DNA of 64,000 nucleotides from Flaccisagitta enflata (GCA_965153355.1 OZ231126.1:26598001-26662000); one strand, 5' to 3'. Numbered from the stretch's first letter, positions 1 to 15,144 are shown. Numbers and translations are program-made. Notes: generated by a model from the sequence alone, not told the origin.

Positions 1-988
1 ATCCGAGTGAGATCTCATAAGTTGATCCATGGCTGAGATGTAAAAAAACCATAACAAATCCATATGATTCATATGATTTGTATTCGGGTTAAATTGTCTC
101 ATCAGGCCTATTAGAGATACTTCCTGCAAAAACGGCAAGCGAGGGAGCATCTGTTTCAGGCAGATTTCTGTTTTTGGTAATGAAGGAATTTCGAATGAAT
201 CGAAGGAAATTTAATGGGACCGAAGATTTTTGCCGATTATAGGCGGATGAAGGTTACTGTTGCACTCTGCACAGTTTTATTGTCTGAAGAACTGGAGCTG
301 CGAATGGATTCGTCTACGGAGTCGTTTTTATGTAACTCACCATTTTTTTCCCTTCGTTTGGCCAATGTGTTGAATTTTTGCATCCGCTCGCTTCATCCAC
401 GTCTTGCCATTGACCTCCTTCCAAAATTATGCTTGTAAAGCCCTTCCTTAAAAAATAAGCGGAGCCAAATGTAAACTGAACAGAATACAAGGCCAATACG
501 CGCCCCCCCCCCCCCCGTTGTCCACCTAAACCCCTAACGACCAGGACGTATCAAATACAAACCGCCTTACACTTCCAAAATCTCAGCCTCAAAGCCCAAT
601 TCCAGTTTTTAGGCCCAAATCCCTGGTATTACGCCTAAATTCCAGCCAAGATGCCGAAATCCCGGTCTTAAGCAAAATTCCAGCATAAAGGACCGATTCC
701 CCGCCTTGCGGATCAAAATCCAAGTCAAGAGACCTAAATCCCAGCCCAAGAGTCCCAAATCCCAGCCCTGAGGCCAAAATACCAGCCTTAAGACCCAAAT
801 CCGAAGCTTAAATCTTTTCCTCAATTTTTAAACCTCAAATTCCTACTCAATTCCTCAATTCTCAAATCAAACTCAGGACCCAAATTTCTCCATTTTCGTG
901 CTAATTGTAGCTAAGATCACAGGATTTGCCATGATTCCCGAAGCCACGGCGCACCTAATTGGCCTACTTGGCCTACTTGGCGTTATTA

Positions 989-989
<1 letters not shown>

Positions 990-1063
<74 letters not shown>

Positions 1064-1101
1064 CGACGACGACGACGACGACGACGACGACAACGACAAC
1101 G

Positions 1102-1171
<70 letters not shown>

Positions 1172-1283
1172 AAACAACAACTTATTTTCAGATCGCCTCA
1201 CCATTTTACAACAACAGCAGTGACGACACCGACAAAACAACACCGACTAAACAACAACAAAAACAAAACAACGACAACAACAA

Positions 1284-1375
<92 letters not shown>

Positions 1376-1407
1376 GCAACAACAACAACAACAACAACAA
1401 CAACAAC
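990..1407. repeat. Compound (CAA)n/(CGA)n trinucleotide microsatellites
   Basis: Direct inspection; source of the poly-T/Q/N ORFs. Confidence 0.97.
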
Positions 1408-1920
1408 TTATAATTTTCGATAGCCTTACCATTGACACAAATCTTCGTTTTCCTTGCATTCCACTATTCTGACGTCGTAATTCGGTTTCAAACCAGAAAC
1501 GCGATAGCACTTCATCTTTGGTTTTGCCGGTTCGGCCGAGCAAGCTTTACTCGTGAAGATACAACCTAGTAAGTCATGTATTTCAACATGTGAGTAAAAT
1601 TCGACCCTGATCTAACAACATCTTGTCCTGTAAATTTCTTTTACCAGTAATGGCGGCTGTCGCCGTGAAGGAAAAAGTCGTAAGCGTTGGTCACTTTTCA
1701 CCAAACTTTGTCTTCAGTCACTGCAGATCTTTTTGTTTGTTAGATCAAATCAAGAGCAAATTTTATGTATTGATTGCATGCACTTAAAATCAGAGAAAAA
1801 TAGGACTGAGCTAAATGAGCTAGATGAGCTGAAATGCTCAAAATCAATCAAACAGACAACCAGCTATGAAATGAAAAGAATGTAAAATTCCCATTGAAAA
1901 ACATAGGAAATTGATAAAAA

Positions 1921-2106
1921 AAACAAGGCCGGATACACGGCCATACCAGTTGCGGATGGGTGGGCAGGGGCAGAAATGCGCTCTTTCACACTTTTCAACT
2001 TGTGCACACCAACGGACCAACGGACCAACGGACCAACGGACCTATGGACCGACGGACGGACGGACGGACATAGGCTCTTATAGAGTTGCGTGTCCGCAAC
2101 TAAAAA
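1921..2106 (-). mobile_element. HINE/DINE-1-like element, family A
   Basis: ACAAGGCCGGATACACGGCC hairpin end, subterminal IR, (GGAC)n-type microsatellite, GAGTTGCGTGTCCGCAACTAAAAA end. Confidence 0.8.
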
Positions 2107-2212
2107 TGCATGCATGCACGAACGAAGTCCCCCTGTGTTCTACAGGACATCGTCCCCTTCGGGGCCGCTTTCCAAAACGCTACGTAAGGCCCGTTATTCC
2201 ACCCATTACACA

Positions 2213-2459
2213 GGGTAATCTGTAGTGCAAACAGTGAGATTAAATCCCGGGGTTGCTTGGGGATGCTCGGGGTTGCTTGAGGATGCTCGGGGTTGCGCAG
2301 GGTTGCTCGTGGCTGCTCGGGGTTGCTTTGTGTTGCTCGGAGTTGCTGTTGTTGTTGTTTGTCATTTATATGTAGTATAATACAATTTTCATCGTTGATG
2401 ATGTTATATTGTGAAAGAAAACAATGCACCTTAGGGTTTAATCTCATCTCTGATTACCC
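2213..2459. mobile_element. Small TIR element with TGCTCGGGG-type internal repeats
   Basis: GGGTAATCTG..GTGAGATTAAATCCC / GGGTTTAATCTCA..TGATTACCC; similar termini at ~20023 and ~25980. Confidence 0.6.
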
Positions 2460-2899
2460 AGTGGATCGCCCCATACCCTTGCCCAACGGCAGCTTTCACC
2501 ACCAATTATCCGCATTGCGTTGTCTTTTACACGGCGTCTGCTGATCAACGACTTACCCTCAGCTTGGCCAACGATGCCGATGAAAACGACCAGCAAAAAA
2601 ACTCCACGCTTCATAATTATGATTGACGAAATTCGATGGTTTGATTTGTTTTACTTAGAAGCCTGTCAAATACTTTGGAATGCTACTTCTTCCCGAAAAA
2701 ATAGCTTTACTCGTTTCAGGAAGTCAAATATATACACTTTATAATGCTTATCTATGCCTAGGATCTTTTCAATTTGTTCTAATTACAAAATTTCGCATGT
2801 TTGTGACATGATTGTTACGACATCTGAATCCGCAATCATCAAAAACCGCCAATCCCGGATTTTTTTCTATTTTTCTACTTCTCATTTATTTCCTCATCC

Positions 2900-3517
2900 A
2901 TTCATTCATTGATTCATTCATTTATTCCTTCATTCATTCATTCATTCATTCATTCATTCATTCATTCATTCATTAATTCATTTATTCATTCATTCATTTA
3001 TTCATTCATTCATTCGTTCATTCACTCATTAATTCGTTCATTCATTCATCCATTCATTCATTCATTCATTCATTTATTCATTCATCCATTCATTCATTCA
3101 TTGATTTATTCATTTATTCCTTCATTCATTCATTCATTTATTCCTTCATTTATTCCTTCATTCATTCATTCATTCATTTATTCCTTCATTCGATCATTCA
3201 TTCATTCATTCATTCATTCATTCATTCATTCATTCATTCATTCATTCATTCATTCATTCATTCATTCATTCATTCATTAATTCGTTCATTCATTCATTCA
3301 TTCATCCATTCATTCATTCAATTATTCATTCATTCATTTATTCATTCATTCATTCATTCATTCATTTATTCATTCATTCATTCATTCATTCATTCATTCA
3401 TTCATTCGCTCATTCATTCATTCGCTCATTCATTCATTCATTCATTCATTCATTCATTCACTCATTCATTCATTCATTCATTCATTCATTCATTCTTTCA
3501 TTCATTCATTCATTCAC
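2900..3517. repeat. (ATTC)n microsatellite, ~600 bp
   Basis: Direct inspection. Confidence 0.97.
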
Positions 3518-3597
3518 GTATTGACCATAACTTTGCTCATTGCCTCCTTGCACCTTCCCATCCACTATTTGAAAACATTGTCCCTACTTCATAAAAG

Positions 3598-6500
3598 AAA
3601 AACATGGCCAACACCTATAAGTCGCGTGCAAGACATAAAAAACTGAATTGACCTGACTCCTTATTGTATCTTTTTATCAACATGACTGAATAGGGAGAAA
3701 TATAAGAAATGAATAAAATGATTTAGTTGACTAGATTGACTTGAATGAATTGATGAATAAATCAGCTTAATGAGGTATTGGAGGCCGTGGAAACCCACCT
3801 AAATACAGGCCGGGACCACTGGAAAAAGTGGTGACTTTTGTAATTGAGTCAAATCAATCAACTGTATCGACCCAATCAATGAAAAAGGACTAAACCAGAC
3901 TTTAACCAGCAAACCTTAACCAGCAGACTTCAACCAGCAGACTTAAACCAGCTGACTCAAACCAGCAGACTTAAACCAGCAGACTTAAACCAGCAGACTT
4001 AAACCAGCAGACATAAACCAGCAGACTTAAACCAGCAGACTTAACCAGCAGACTTAAACCAGCAGACTTAAACCAGCAGACTTAAACCAGCAGACTTAAA
4101 CCAGCAGACTTAAACCAGCAGACTTAAACCAGAAGACTTAAACTAGCAGACTTAAACCAGCAGACCTGAACCAGCAGACTTAAACCAGCAGACTTAAACC
4201 AGCAGACTTAAACCAGCAGACTTAAACCAGCAGACCTAAACCAGCAGACTTAAACCAGCAGACTTTAAGTGACTAGATGACCAAAAAATACCAAAAAACA
4301 TAAATGACCAAAACATACCAAAAACATAAATGACCAAAAACCCAAAACCCAAAAACCCAAAAACCAAAAAACCAAAAAACCAAAAACCAAAAACTAAAAA
4401 CCAAAAACCAAAAACCAAAAACCAAAAACCAAAAAACCAAAAAACCAAAAAACTGAAAACCAAAAACATAACTGACCAAAACATACCAGAAAACCATGTC
4501 AAATGACCAAAAAACAAAAAAAAATAATAAAGACCAAAAATCAAAAACCAAAAAACCAAAAAAAAAAAAAAAAAAAAAAGAAAACAAAAAACAAAAAAAC
4601 TAAGAATCAAAATCCAAAAAATAAAAAAACAAAAAACCATAAATGACCAAAACATACAAAAAAACCATGTTAAATGACCAGAAATGACCTGAAATGTCCC
4701 AAACAACAAAAAAAAATAAAAGAACAAAAACCAAAACCAAAAACCAAAAACCAAAAACCAAAAACCAAAAACCAAAAACCAAAAACCAAAAACCTAAAAC
4801 AAATATGACCAAAACATACCAAAAAACCATGTTAAATGACAACAAGGCCAACACCTATAAGTCGCGTGCGGGACAGAGATAGTTTTATGGACCTGACTCG
4901 ACCAGTTTTAATCAAAGCCTTAAAACCCTACAGTCTCAGTCCAAGCCGTGAAACCCCTCCAGTTTATTCAAAGCCCTGAGACCTACCACTTTCAATTTAA
5001 GCCTTGAAACCCACTGGTCTTAATTCAAGCCCCGAAACCCACCAGCCCCAATCTTAACCCCCAAACGCCACAAATTTCACCCAAATCTTTAAAGTCACCA
5101 TCCCCAAGCCAAGCCCCGAAATCCTCTAGTCCCAACCCAAGCCAAAAAACCCATCACATTCAATTAAAGCTTTGAAACCCACCAGTTTCAATTTAAGCCA
5201 TGAGACCCACCAGTTTCAATTCAAACCATTAAACCACCACTCTTAAGTCTGAACCCAGGCCTCAAAACCCACCAGTTTCAAAATAGGAAACGACAAAACG
5301 ATTAAAAATGAAGCTGAGTGACTTTAATTGACCCAAAATGACTTCAAAAGACCCAAAATGCCCCAAAATGATTAAGAATAACTCCAAACAACCCACTATG
5401 ACAAAACATGACAAAATCAAAAAAAATGACAAAAAACGGAGTCCCCAGCTCAAAGGCTCTAACCTGGAGGCGCTAGCCTCGATATTAGAGCGATCCAAAA
5501 TGACCCAAGACGACTCAAGATGACCCAAAATGACCTACAATGATCCAAAGGGACCCATATTGTCCAAAAAAGACCCATTAAGACAAAAAGCAACAAACTA
5601 GTCATCCAAGGATCGCACATGGTCAGCGGTACCCAATGTCCTGCTTGGAGTGATCAAGTGAAGTAGTGGAGTGAGAGCAGGGCAGCGGCCTCAAAGGGCC
5701 GATGTCCTGTAGGACACAGGGGTGAATTTCGAGATGTCCTGAGGCAGATTTGAAATCGGGATAGCAGAATTTAGTCCAGAAGAGCAGATTCGAGGTTTTA
5801 GGGGGAGGCTTGGGGTCTAAGGGTCAAATTCAAGGCCAAATTTGAGGCCAAATTCAAAGCTTGGGGTGTAAGGGTCAAATTTGAGGCCTGGAGGGCAGAT
5901 TTGAAGTCTGGAGGGCTGATTTGAGGTCTTGAGGGCAGATATGAGGTCTGGAGGGCAGATTTGAGCTCTGTAAGGCAAAATTGAGGTCTGAAAGGGCTAA
6001 TTTGAGGGCTCAGAGGGTCAAAATCAGGCCTGAGTTGGCAGACTAGAGGCTCCAATGGTCAAGGGGGGACGGACAAACGGACGGACGGATGGAAGGATGG
6101 ACGGAAGGACGGACGGACATCTCGAAATTCCCCCCTGTGTCCTACAGGACATCGGCCCTTTGGGGCCGCTGCCCAAAAAGGACAAAAATGAGTTAATGAT
6201 CAAAATGAACAAAATGACATAAATACAATAAACCATGTTAAATGACCAAAAATGAACTGAAATTTCCCAAAATGACTTCAAATGACTCAAATACTACTTT
6301 AAATGCCCAAAAACAACACAAATGACATAAATGAACAAAATGACGTTAACGATCAAATATGACCAAAAATGACTAAAAACAATCAAAAATGACTAAACAC
6401 AACAGAAAATGACTCAAAATAACTCCAGATGACCCAAAATGACAAAAACGACACAAAAGAGCAAAGTGTCACCGACTGCCGGACGGATGTACCGACTGCC

Positions 6501-7136
6501 GGAGCAGGTTGTATAGTCGCGTGCACGCGACTAAAAAAAACAAAAAACCAAAAACCAGAAACCTAAAACCAAAAAAAACATAAATGACCAAAACATACCG
6601 AAAAACCATTGTAAATGACCAAAAATAACCTGAAAGGTCTCAAAAAAAAAACAAAAAACAAAAAACAAAAAACAAAAAACAAAAAACAAAAAACAAAAAA
6701 AACAAAAAACAAAAAAACAAAAAACAAAAAAAACAAAAAAAAAACAAAAAACTAAAACCAAAAAACCTAAAACCAAAAACAAAAAAAAAACAAAAAACAA
6801 AAATGACCATATCATACCAAAAAAACATATTAAATGACCAAAAAGGACCTGAAATGTCCCAAAATGACTTAAAATGACTTAAAACTACATCAAATGCCCA
6901 AAAATGACACAAATGACTTAAATGAACAAAGTGGCGTAATTGGTAAAAGATGACCAAAAATAACTAAAAGCAACCAAAAATGACCAAAAACAACAAAAAA
7001 AATGACTCACAATAACTCCAGACTACCCAAAATGACTAATAAAGACGCAAAAAAGCAAAGTGTTACCGACGGACGGACAGACGGACCAACGGACCGACCG
7101 ACGGAGTGGGTTGTAGAGTCGCGTGCGACTAAAAAC
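3598..7136 (-). mobile_element. Nested cluster of HINE-like elements: outer ~3598-7136, inner ~4841-6540, family-B copy ~5591-6179
   Basis: Two ends of type ACAAGGCCAACACCTATAAGTCGCGTGC (3601, 4842) and two ends of type AGTCGCG..GCGACTAAAAA (6515-6540, 7117-7136). The same AAAACC-rich interior lies on both sides of the inner copy. Confidence 0.7.
3895..4266. repeat. 14-bp tandem repeat (TAAACCAGCAGACT)n, ~26 copies, inside a HINE-like element
   Basis: Direct inspection. Confidence 0.95.
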
Positions 7137-7542
7137 TATCATCTCCCATCACTCCTCACTCTGATATGGAGTACATGTACGTGTCTCAAGACACAATGTG
7201 TGAAATATTTCTTTCAACGCTTTCTGACATGATATGTCGCAATAGCAATTACACATTTAATGGGAAAATACGTAAGGCCAAAAAAATCGCTTTAGTTTCT
7301 CAATTTGACTTCCCAATTCCAATTTCCCTTTCATGGAACACGACAAAATAACCTCAAGATTAATCACGACTCATTGGGATCGAGAACCAATACTTTCACT
7401 CAAAATCAACAGGCCAGCAAAGTATTGACCTTTTGTAAGATTTTTGCTTGGAATCATTAATAGACAAAAAATATCTACCGGGCCATTGATGTTGAAGCAC
7501 ATTTGACGCGCGTTGAAAGATTTTCCAATTTTAAAACTTTTC

Positions 7543-7631
<89 letters not shown>

Positions 7632-7953
7632 GCGTGTGCGTGTGTGTGTGTAGACGGGCGCGGGGTGTGTAGAATGGGGCGTATACTCCGGCTCATCCCA
7701 TCTTTCCCTCGTCACAAATCTTTCCCTCATCGGTCTCATATATGTCACAAAGCCTCAAAGGTGGAACCGGACGCCGGCAAATTCCGTGACAAATCAGTTG
7801 CTAAAAAGTCGTAATGGAAGGCAAATCGGCCAAGATTCCACAGAAATGAGGTCCTTCAAACTCCCGTAAAATAGTCGGGGGCCTCATTATTCATGCAATG
7901 GAACGACGTGAGAGATGGGAAGGAGAAGCGAACTAAACGGGACAGCTGATATG

Positions 7954-8110
<157 letters not shown>

Positions 8111-8987
8111 AAAAAAGACAGAAAAAAGACAGAAAAAAGACAGAACGACAGACATATAGAGAAAAAAATGTCTCATACTCTAGAAATTGCGCGCTGCATG
8201 TTGCATTGTTGCAGAGGTGCGCATTCCGCTCAATTGTAGAGCATCTTGTTTTCCCAGTGCATTAGCAGGCCAGAACTGTACACATTCATCCACAATTTTG
8301 ACCAAAAAAGAAAAAGAGCTATTCAGGATCAGCCTGACGCTGAGGAACCGGTTATTTGACAACTCTCCTTCAAAAAATATCCGAAAAAGGTGAATGAGAA
8401 GAACTTATTGACTTTGACATCTGTCCCGTAATCGAGACGTCTTTGAGACTTTTGGGGATTTTGCTTGACGTTTGGCCCATCAAAATTATGTAAACAACTC
8501 GTCTTTACGAACGGATAAAATGGAATTACTATCTAGGAAATAGAAATCTTCCCACCTATGAATTCATGTCATTTATCTACATGATCACGTATATCTGTTG
8601 ATTGCAAATGGATCAATGATAGATGTAGGCTCCCCCTGACTCAATTATCACCGCCAATGGCCGGTTCAGCAATTTGTAAAGTATCAGGAGGTACTTTGGA
8701 GTGATGGCTTCCAGCCTTTTTCCATGAAACAAATTTTTTCCTCCTTTTTATCTTTGAGTGATCATAACTTTTAAACGGCTGGACTGAATTTGTTGCGCAA
8801 AAAAGGAAAAAGATGCCCCTTGAAAAACTCTTCATTTTGGCCACCAATTTTTTGTCAATTGATCAAAAAACTAGTGGCGTTCGCCATAACGTGTTCCACG
8901 AAAACTTGATTTGGCATGAAAAAGAAAGGCAATAATTCATAAAACATTTCTGATAATTATAACCGGACAAATCTGTATTGTAGCTAA

Positions 8988-9150
8988 TGGCCGCCTGTGG
9001 GCGGCCGAACTATCACTTGTTGGCTGTCCCACTGCCGCCTGTGGGCGGTCCCACTGACGCTTGTGGGCGGTCCAACAGCCGCCTGTGGGCGGTCCTGCTA
9101 CGACTTGTGGGTGGTCCCACTGCCACCTGTGGGTAGTCCCACTGCTGCCT
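8988..9150. repeat. ~22-bp tandem repeat (CCGCCTGTGGGCGGTCCCACTG), ~7 copies
   Basis: Direct inspection. Confidence 0.85.
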
Positions 9151-9300
9151 CTGTGTGTGTATGTGTATGTCTGACAAGGATAGTAAGGGACAAGGATAGT
9201 AAAGGATAGTTGTGAGTAAATCCGGAGTAAACACCAAGCTTTGTAAATTGGAGATTCTGGCCTCCTTTTGTAAGGGCAATGTTGTTTCAACTTTCATACA

Positions 9301-11419
9301 TCGGAGAAAACTGGGTGGTGTGACAGACATTTGGAGAAAACTGGGTGGTTTGACAGACATTTGGAGAAAACTGGGTGGTGTAACAGGCATTTGGAGAAAA
9401 TTGGGTTGTGAAACAGACATTCGGAGAAACCTGAGCATTGTGACAGACATTCAGAGAACACTAGGTGGTGTGACGAACATTCAGAGAAAACTGGGTAGTG
9501 TGACAGATATTTGGAGAATACTGGGTGGTGTGACAGACATTTAGAGAAAACTGGGTGGTGTAACAGACATTTGGAGAAAACTGGGTTTTGTGACAGACAT
9601 AGCAATTTACGGAGAAAACTTAGTGGGTGGTGTAACAAATAACTAAACAAAACTGGGTGTTGTGACAGACATTTGCATAAAACTGAGTGGTGTAACAGAT
9701 ATTTGGAGAAAACTGGGTGGAGTGACAAACATTTGGGGAAGACTAGGTGGTGTGACAGACAATCCAAGAAAACTGCGTGGTGTGACAAAAATTTGGAGAA
9801 AACTGGGTGGTGTGACAGACATTCAGAGAAAACTGGTTGGTGTGACAGACATTTAGAAAAAACTAGGTGGTGTGACAGACAATCAGAGAAAACTGGGTGG
9901 TGTGACAGGCATTTGTAGAAAACTGGGTGGTGTGACAAACATTTGGAGAAAACTGGGTGGTGTGATAGACATTCAGAGAAAACTGGGTGGTGTGACAGAC
10001 ATTTGGAGAAAACTGGGTGGTGTGACAGACATTTGGAGAAAACTGGGTGGTGTGACAGACATTTGGAGAAAACTGAATGGTGTGACAGACATTTGGAGAA
10101 AAATTGGCATTGCGACAGATATTTGGAGAATATTAGGTGGTGTGACAGACATTTGGAGAAAAATGGGTAGTGTGACAAATATTTGGAGAATACTGGGTGG
10201 TTTGACAGACATTTGGAAAACACTAGGTGGTGTGACAGACATTTGGAGAAATTTGGGTTATGTGACAGACATTCAGAGATAACTGGGTGGTGTGACAGAC
10301 ATTTGGAGAAAATTGCGTGGTGTGACAGACATTTGGAAAAAACTGGTAGTGTGACGGACATTCGGAGAAAACTAGGTAGTTTGACAGACATTCGGAGAAT
10401 ACTGGGTGGTGTGACAGACATTTAGAGAAAACTAGATGGTGTGACAGACATTTGGAAAAAACTGGGTGGTGTGACAGACATTTGGAGAAAACTGAATGGT
10501 GTTACAGACATTTGGATAAAACTAGGTAGTGTGACAGACATTCGGAGAAATCTGGGTTATGTGACAGACATTTGGAGAAAACTGGGTGGTCTGACAGACA
10601 TTTGGAGAAAACTGGGTGGTGTGACAGATGTTTGGAAAAAACTGGGTGGTGTGACCGACATTTGGAGAAAACTAGATGGTGTGACAGACATTCGGAAAAA
10701 ACTGGGTGGTGTGACAGACATTTGAAGAAAATTGAGTGGTGTTACAGACATTTGGAAAAAAACAGATTGTGTGACAGACATTCCAAGAAATCTGGGTTAT
10801 GTGACAGACATTTGGAGAAAAGTGGGTGGTGTGACAGTCAGTTGGAGAAAACTGGCTGGTGTGACAGACATTTGGAGAAAACTGGGTGGTGTGACAGACA
10901 TTCGGAGAAAACTGGGTAGTGTGACAGACATTCGGAGAAAACTAGATATGGGTGGTGTGACAGACATTTGGAGAAAACTAGATATAGATGGTGTGACAGA
11001 CATTTGGAAAAAACTGGGTGGTGTGACAGACATTTGGAAAAAACTGAGTGGTGTTACAGACATTTGGAAAAAACTAGGTAGTGTGACAGACTTTTGGAGA
11101 TATCTGGGTTATGTGACAGACATTTGGAGAAAACTGGGTGGTGTGACAGACATTTGGAGAAAACTGGGTTGTGTTACGGACATTCGAAGAAAACTGGGTA
11201 GTGTGACAGACATTCGGAGAATACTGGGTGGTGTGACAGACATTTGGAGAATACTAGATGGTGTGACAGACATTCGGAAAAAACTGGGTGTGACAGACAT
11301 TTGGAGAAATCTGGGTTATGTGACAGACATTTGGAAGAACTGGATAGTGTGACAGACATTCGGAAAAAACTGGGTGGTGTGACAGACATTCGGAGAAATC
11401 TGGGTTTTGTGACAGACAT
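9301..11419. repeat. 30-bp minisatellite/satellite array, ~70 copies, consensus TGTGACAGACATTTGGAGAAAACTGGGTGG
   Basis: Visible 30-nt period; stops scattered in all frames. Confidence 0.97.
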
Positions 11420-11865
11420 AGTCATTCACGGAGAAAAGTGTGGAACTTTAGTGTTCCACTATCGTGGAACACAACAACGGAGATATTTAACTTTGAATGG
11501 ATAAGACTTACTGTAAAAAATTCAAATTAAGAAATCTTCAAATGGAATGATTTCATTCAAATTAAGATAACTTCTAAACCCAATGAGATAGCAGGATGCG
11601 GTTTGCGTAGATGGCTTGCAAATTCGAAGAGCTTCATTTTAGTCACCAATTTTTTCTTAGTCAGATGATTTTCACAAGAGTTATAGACTGAAACGTGCGG
11701 GAAGATTTCTATTTCCTAGATAGTAGTGGCACTAAATTAACGGGATAGGAAACAACAGCTCAATTTTGATGATTGGCAGCCTGGACTGGTTAGTTTTTAG
11801 GTTGGTAGTGAAATTTAAATCAATTTATCTTAATAATGGACAATTTGCTAAAAACAGTTTGTTAA

Positions 11866-12086
11866 AAACAAGAGACGCGGGGTCACAATATCGTTGCGGA
11901 TGGGTAGGCAGGAGCATCAAACCCCCATTATACACCCTCCGCCCCCCCCCCTCCAACACACAAAGCAAAACAGCATCCGTTTTTTTCACTTTTCCACTGA
12001 TACGTTGCAGACGGACCGATGGACCAACCAACTGACCAATGGACAGAAAAAGCCTCTCATTGAGTTGCGTGTCCGCAGCTAAAAAG
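11866..12086 (-). mobile_element. HINE-like element, family A variant
   Basis: Same terminal layout: acaag.. / gagttgcgtgtccgcagctaaaaa. Confidence 0.7.
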
Positions 12087-13027
12087 GCCAATTTACTGAG
12101 CAGTTATGTGCAATGATGGCGGTAAAATTATTTTTACTGCCCTCAAAAATGTTTTGATGCAATATCAATTCCTATAATAACTATCGATTCATTGTCCTAC
12201 TTTACTTTCACATCTCAGTTGGTCGGCAATGGCTTCGGACTAAAAAACAATAAATCATTTTATACATTGATACATTTCATCTGCTTTAATCATCTTTTAT
12301 TTGATATCTGCTCATTGTCACGTATATTATTGCTGCCTCTGTGTTACACTTGACAGTGCTCTGCCAATACCAGGCGTGCGGCCTTGTTACCATTTTTCAT
12401 CCATTCAATCTGACATGATCGTTGACTTATCGAGTGGTTTTTGCCCGACTCAATGTCATCCTGACAAAGTGATTGGAAATTGGTCGTCGTATCTCAAAGA
12501 TTTCTTCCATTGTTCTCGATGCTAATATATATTTACCAAATGCTCATCCAATTAAAGCCATCAAACCTTCGAAAACTTGTCTCTCATGATGATAACATCT
12601 TCTTGACGCTTCGGTCGTCTTCATCGTTGACATCGTCATCGTCGTCGTCGTCGTCACCACCGTCGTCGTCGTCGTCGTCGTCATCATCGTCATCAACGTC
12701 GTCAGGAGGGAGGGCATTGTTCTGAATCAGTAGTTTTCATGCAGTTCTTCTGGCCGGATGACAGCAGCGAGAACCAATCAATCAATGTCGAAGATGACTT
12801 TTGCTCCAGTCTTTTAACATTCCCTTTTTGACAACATTTTCAACTTTTCAATCTTTTCCCTTTTCTTCTTTTTTTTTTTTTTCTTCTTTTTTTCTTTGCC
12901 CTTTTTTCAATTTTCTTTTTGCTTTCTGTTTGTACTCTGTATTTCTTCGCTTTTCTGTTTCTTTTCATCTTTCTTTTTTTCTTTCCTTTTTTCTTTCTTT
13001 TTTTCTTTCTTTCTTTATTTCTTTCTT

Positions 13028-13127
<100 letters not shown>

Positions 13128-13734
13128 ACTCCAGGCGACGGAGAGGAACTGAGGAATATTTGAAAAGGAGATGCTGTAATGCCCTGACGTTTTCTACTGA
13201 CATCTCAGCTTTTCATTCATATGCGTAGTTTTCTTTCAAGATTCGTTCTTTTTTTCTTTACGTCGATGTCTTCCGTGCCTTCAGGCTTTAAGCTGTGTAT
13301 TTGTCTTTCTTATAGGTACTTCCACCACATCTACAGTTCTACACTGCCATATTTATCAATACTACTTCGTCTTCTGTGTCAACAAGTCATGCGCATTTGT
13401 AGTTAAAGGTGTCATTCCAGCGCTTGTCTTCTTGGTTGAGATTCGTCCATCGTTTTAGCAAAATCAAACATCACCTCTACATCTTTCGAAATATGATTTT
13501 GTTCGCGCCCATTCAGAATTTGCCTCCTCATAATCATGGTGAATTTGCGATTTGGTTGACAAGTCGAAAATTTGTAATACAAATTGTACCCGGAAACATC
13601 CTCTTAAATTGGAAATGTATGAGAAAGTTTCCTTTGACACATTGACTTACTTCAAGTTTGGATAACATGATAAACAGGTCAATATATTGATTGAGTACCT
13701 AATTGGTTTAGTCTGAATTTTTTGATTTTCCATA

Positions 13735-13927
13735 AAACAAGACCAGAAACACGAAAAATAAAGGCAGGGGCAGTGTTTGAGAGGGCGGGGGCTATATTGT
13801 GGCTGGGCAGGAACCATAATGCTCAAGAATCACTATTTCAGCCGGTTTCGTATCATCCAAATGTTTGCGTTACCTTCTTACCTTCTGACACAGCCTCTTA
13901 TAGAGTCGCTTAGCCAGCGACTAAAAA
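13735..13927 (-). mobile_element. HINE-like element, family A (diverged)
   Basis: aaacaagaccagaaacacg.. / gagtcgcttagccagcgactaaaaa. Confidence 0.65.
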
Positions 13928-14327
13928 GAAATTATTATTTGATATTTTCGTTTTAGTCAGTGGATTCAGTTGACCATTTGATCGGTCAGTTATTGTCGGT
14001 TGATTTCGTTGCATCCTAAGGATCGGTCGGTTTGTCAATTCTTTGAACAGCTGGTCGATTTGCGTTTCCACGGGAAGAATTTTCAGTCGGTGGCGGCATC
14101 TCGGATCCTTCCTTCTTTGACTCTGCCTATCCTCCATTTGCCTATATGCATCACGTATCTGCCTTTGGCTCTGCATCCCTCTTTTGACTTTGTGACTCTC
14201 TGCATTTGTTGTCGGCATTCAAATGCGGAAAATCAAAGACTGTCACACCAAAGCAAGTTCGGGGCTGATCGATCACTCACGTACACACGGATGTGCAGTG
14301 GAGATGCAAAGGTTCACACCCGGATGT

Positions 14328-14412
<85 letters not shown>

Positions 14413-14559
14413 TCGAAATTGTCAGAAAGTTTTAAAGAAAAGATAGAACCGAAATTAAAAGGAAAAACAAAAGATAAGATAAAAGAAAGAAATAAAGATA
14501 TAAAGTAAGAAAGAAAGAAAGAAAGAAAGAAAAAAAGAAAGAAAGAAAGAAAGAAAGAT

Positions 14560-14606
<47 letters not shown>

Positions 14607-14793
14607 AAAAAAGAAAAAAAAAAGAAAGAAAGGAAGAATGAAAGTAAGAAAGAAAAAAACAAACTAACAAATGAAAAAAAGAAAGTATGAAAGAATGAAA
14701 GAGAAAAATATACAAACAAATAAAGAAAGGAAGCAAGAAAGCAAGAAAGAAAAAACTAACAAACAAATAAAGAAAGCAGGAAAGCAAGAGAGC

Positions 14794-14863
<70 letters not shown>

Positions 14864-15056
14864 CAAGAAAAAACGAAAGCAAGAAAAAACGAAAGAAAGA
14901 AAAAACGAAAGAAAGAAAGTAAAAGAAAGAAAGATAAAAGAAAGAAAGAGAAAGAGAGAGATAGAGTGCAGCGCACCACGTCAATCAAAGGGGAGGACAA
15001 TGCATGCGTGACAAGAGATGCACAAGGTCGATGGAAACGCAGAGAGAAGAAAAGCA

Positions 15057-15144
<88 letters not shown>

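Larger units (their letters stand above)
8529..11723. mobile_element. TA-flanked TIR element (25-bp perfect TIR) carrying internal tandem arrays
   Basis: TA|CTATCTAGGAAATAGAAATCTTCCC ... GGGAAGATTTCTATTTCCTAGATAG|TA. Confidence 0.8.

Noticed and set aside
898-1543. Poly-T/Q/N/L/C ORFs
   Set aside because: Translations of (CAA)n/(CGA)n microsatellite; no splice context or domain.
9294-11504. Long repetitive ORFs (e.g. 375 aa CLSHHPVFSK) or a CRISPR-like array
   Set aside because: A 30-bp tandem satellite with no unique spacers and scattered stops; eukaryotic context.
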